Shown one piece after another: positions 63,599-64,000 of a stretch of 64,000 bases of DNA; positions within the stretch are counted from its first letter, which is position 1, and the number at the start of each line of letters is the position of its first letter. The DNA is from Pocillopora damicornis (lineage: Eukaryota). Both the position numbers and the translations under genes were made by a program. The notes beneath the pieces are model-generated. The model was given only the letters and a program-made list of their open reading frames with translations. It searched no databases and was not told where the DNA came from. The DNA lies in NCBI RefSeq assembly GCF_003704095.1, contig NW_020843606.1:124001-188000 (forward strand), written 5' to 3'.

Positions 63599-63644
63599 AC
63601 AGCACTGATCAGGCCGAGAAGGCCGAAACAGCACTGTATGCTGT
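63599..63644 (+). ncRNA. Minimal type I hammerhead ribozyme motif (Penelope-type) with G8->C core change
   Basis: stem I ACAGCA/UGCUGU, core CUGAUCA, stem II GGCC-GAGAA-GGCC, GAA, stem III ACAG/CUGU, GUA cleavage triplet. Confidence 0.65.
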
Positions 63645-64000
63645 TAGTTTAATTTCTGTCATTTATATTTATCTATTTGAATTATCAATGTTTCATTGAG
63701 TTACAATTCATTGATCTCTTGCGATAGAGCAGGTCCACATATGTAATCTAATCCCACATGTATGTATGTGTGTATGTATGTATCTGCCCAGTCAAATTTT
63801 TTTGAGCGGAAGGCAAGCTGGCAATAGTAATAGGCAGCAGAGGCTGAACCTCGTCTTGAATAGACACATTTTTACTGAGCTGATTGTATGTATTATGTAT
63901 GTCCACTTCTTTTTGGGTGTTAAACTGATCAAAGTACTAAAAAGAGCTCTGTGATAACTTGGTAATCCAAGATGTAAAAATTTTTAATAATAAGATAAAG

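Overview
AT-rich, intron-containing eukaryotic DNA. The protein domains and interspersed repeats suggest a cnidarian, probably a stony coral (inference). The ORF track shows only fragments, so I rebuilt the exons by hand from splice sites and reading phase. Two head-to-tail paralogous genes lie on the minus strand. Gene A (56558->18117) is complete apart from a 100-N gap: 67 phase-consistent coding exons, 13,809 nt, about 4,602 aa. It encodes a type I membrane protein: signal peptide, degenerate VWA, EGF, WSC-like, F5/8C (discoidin), FN2, then 11 more VWA domains interleaved with EGF/cbEGF repeats (42 EGF in total, 17 of them in one stalk), a second F5/8C, a TM helix and a ~230-aa acidic, Tyr-rich tail with a full ITAM-consensus motif. 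Gene B (16262->off the left edge; 25 exons, ~1,840 aa visible) mirrors A exon for exon but has an extra 3-exon F5/8C module. Upstream of A is a spliced pseudogene with one frameshift and two stops (62876->60432). Also present: a frameshifted EGF pseudo-exon, recent EGF exon-pair duplications, a GC-AG intron, Penelope RT and L2/CR1 remnants, tRNA-derived SINEs, MITEs and Penelope-type minimal hammerhead ribozyme motifs.
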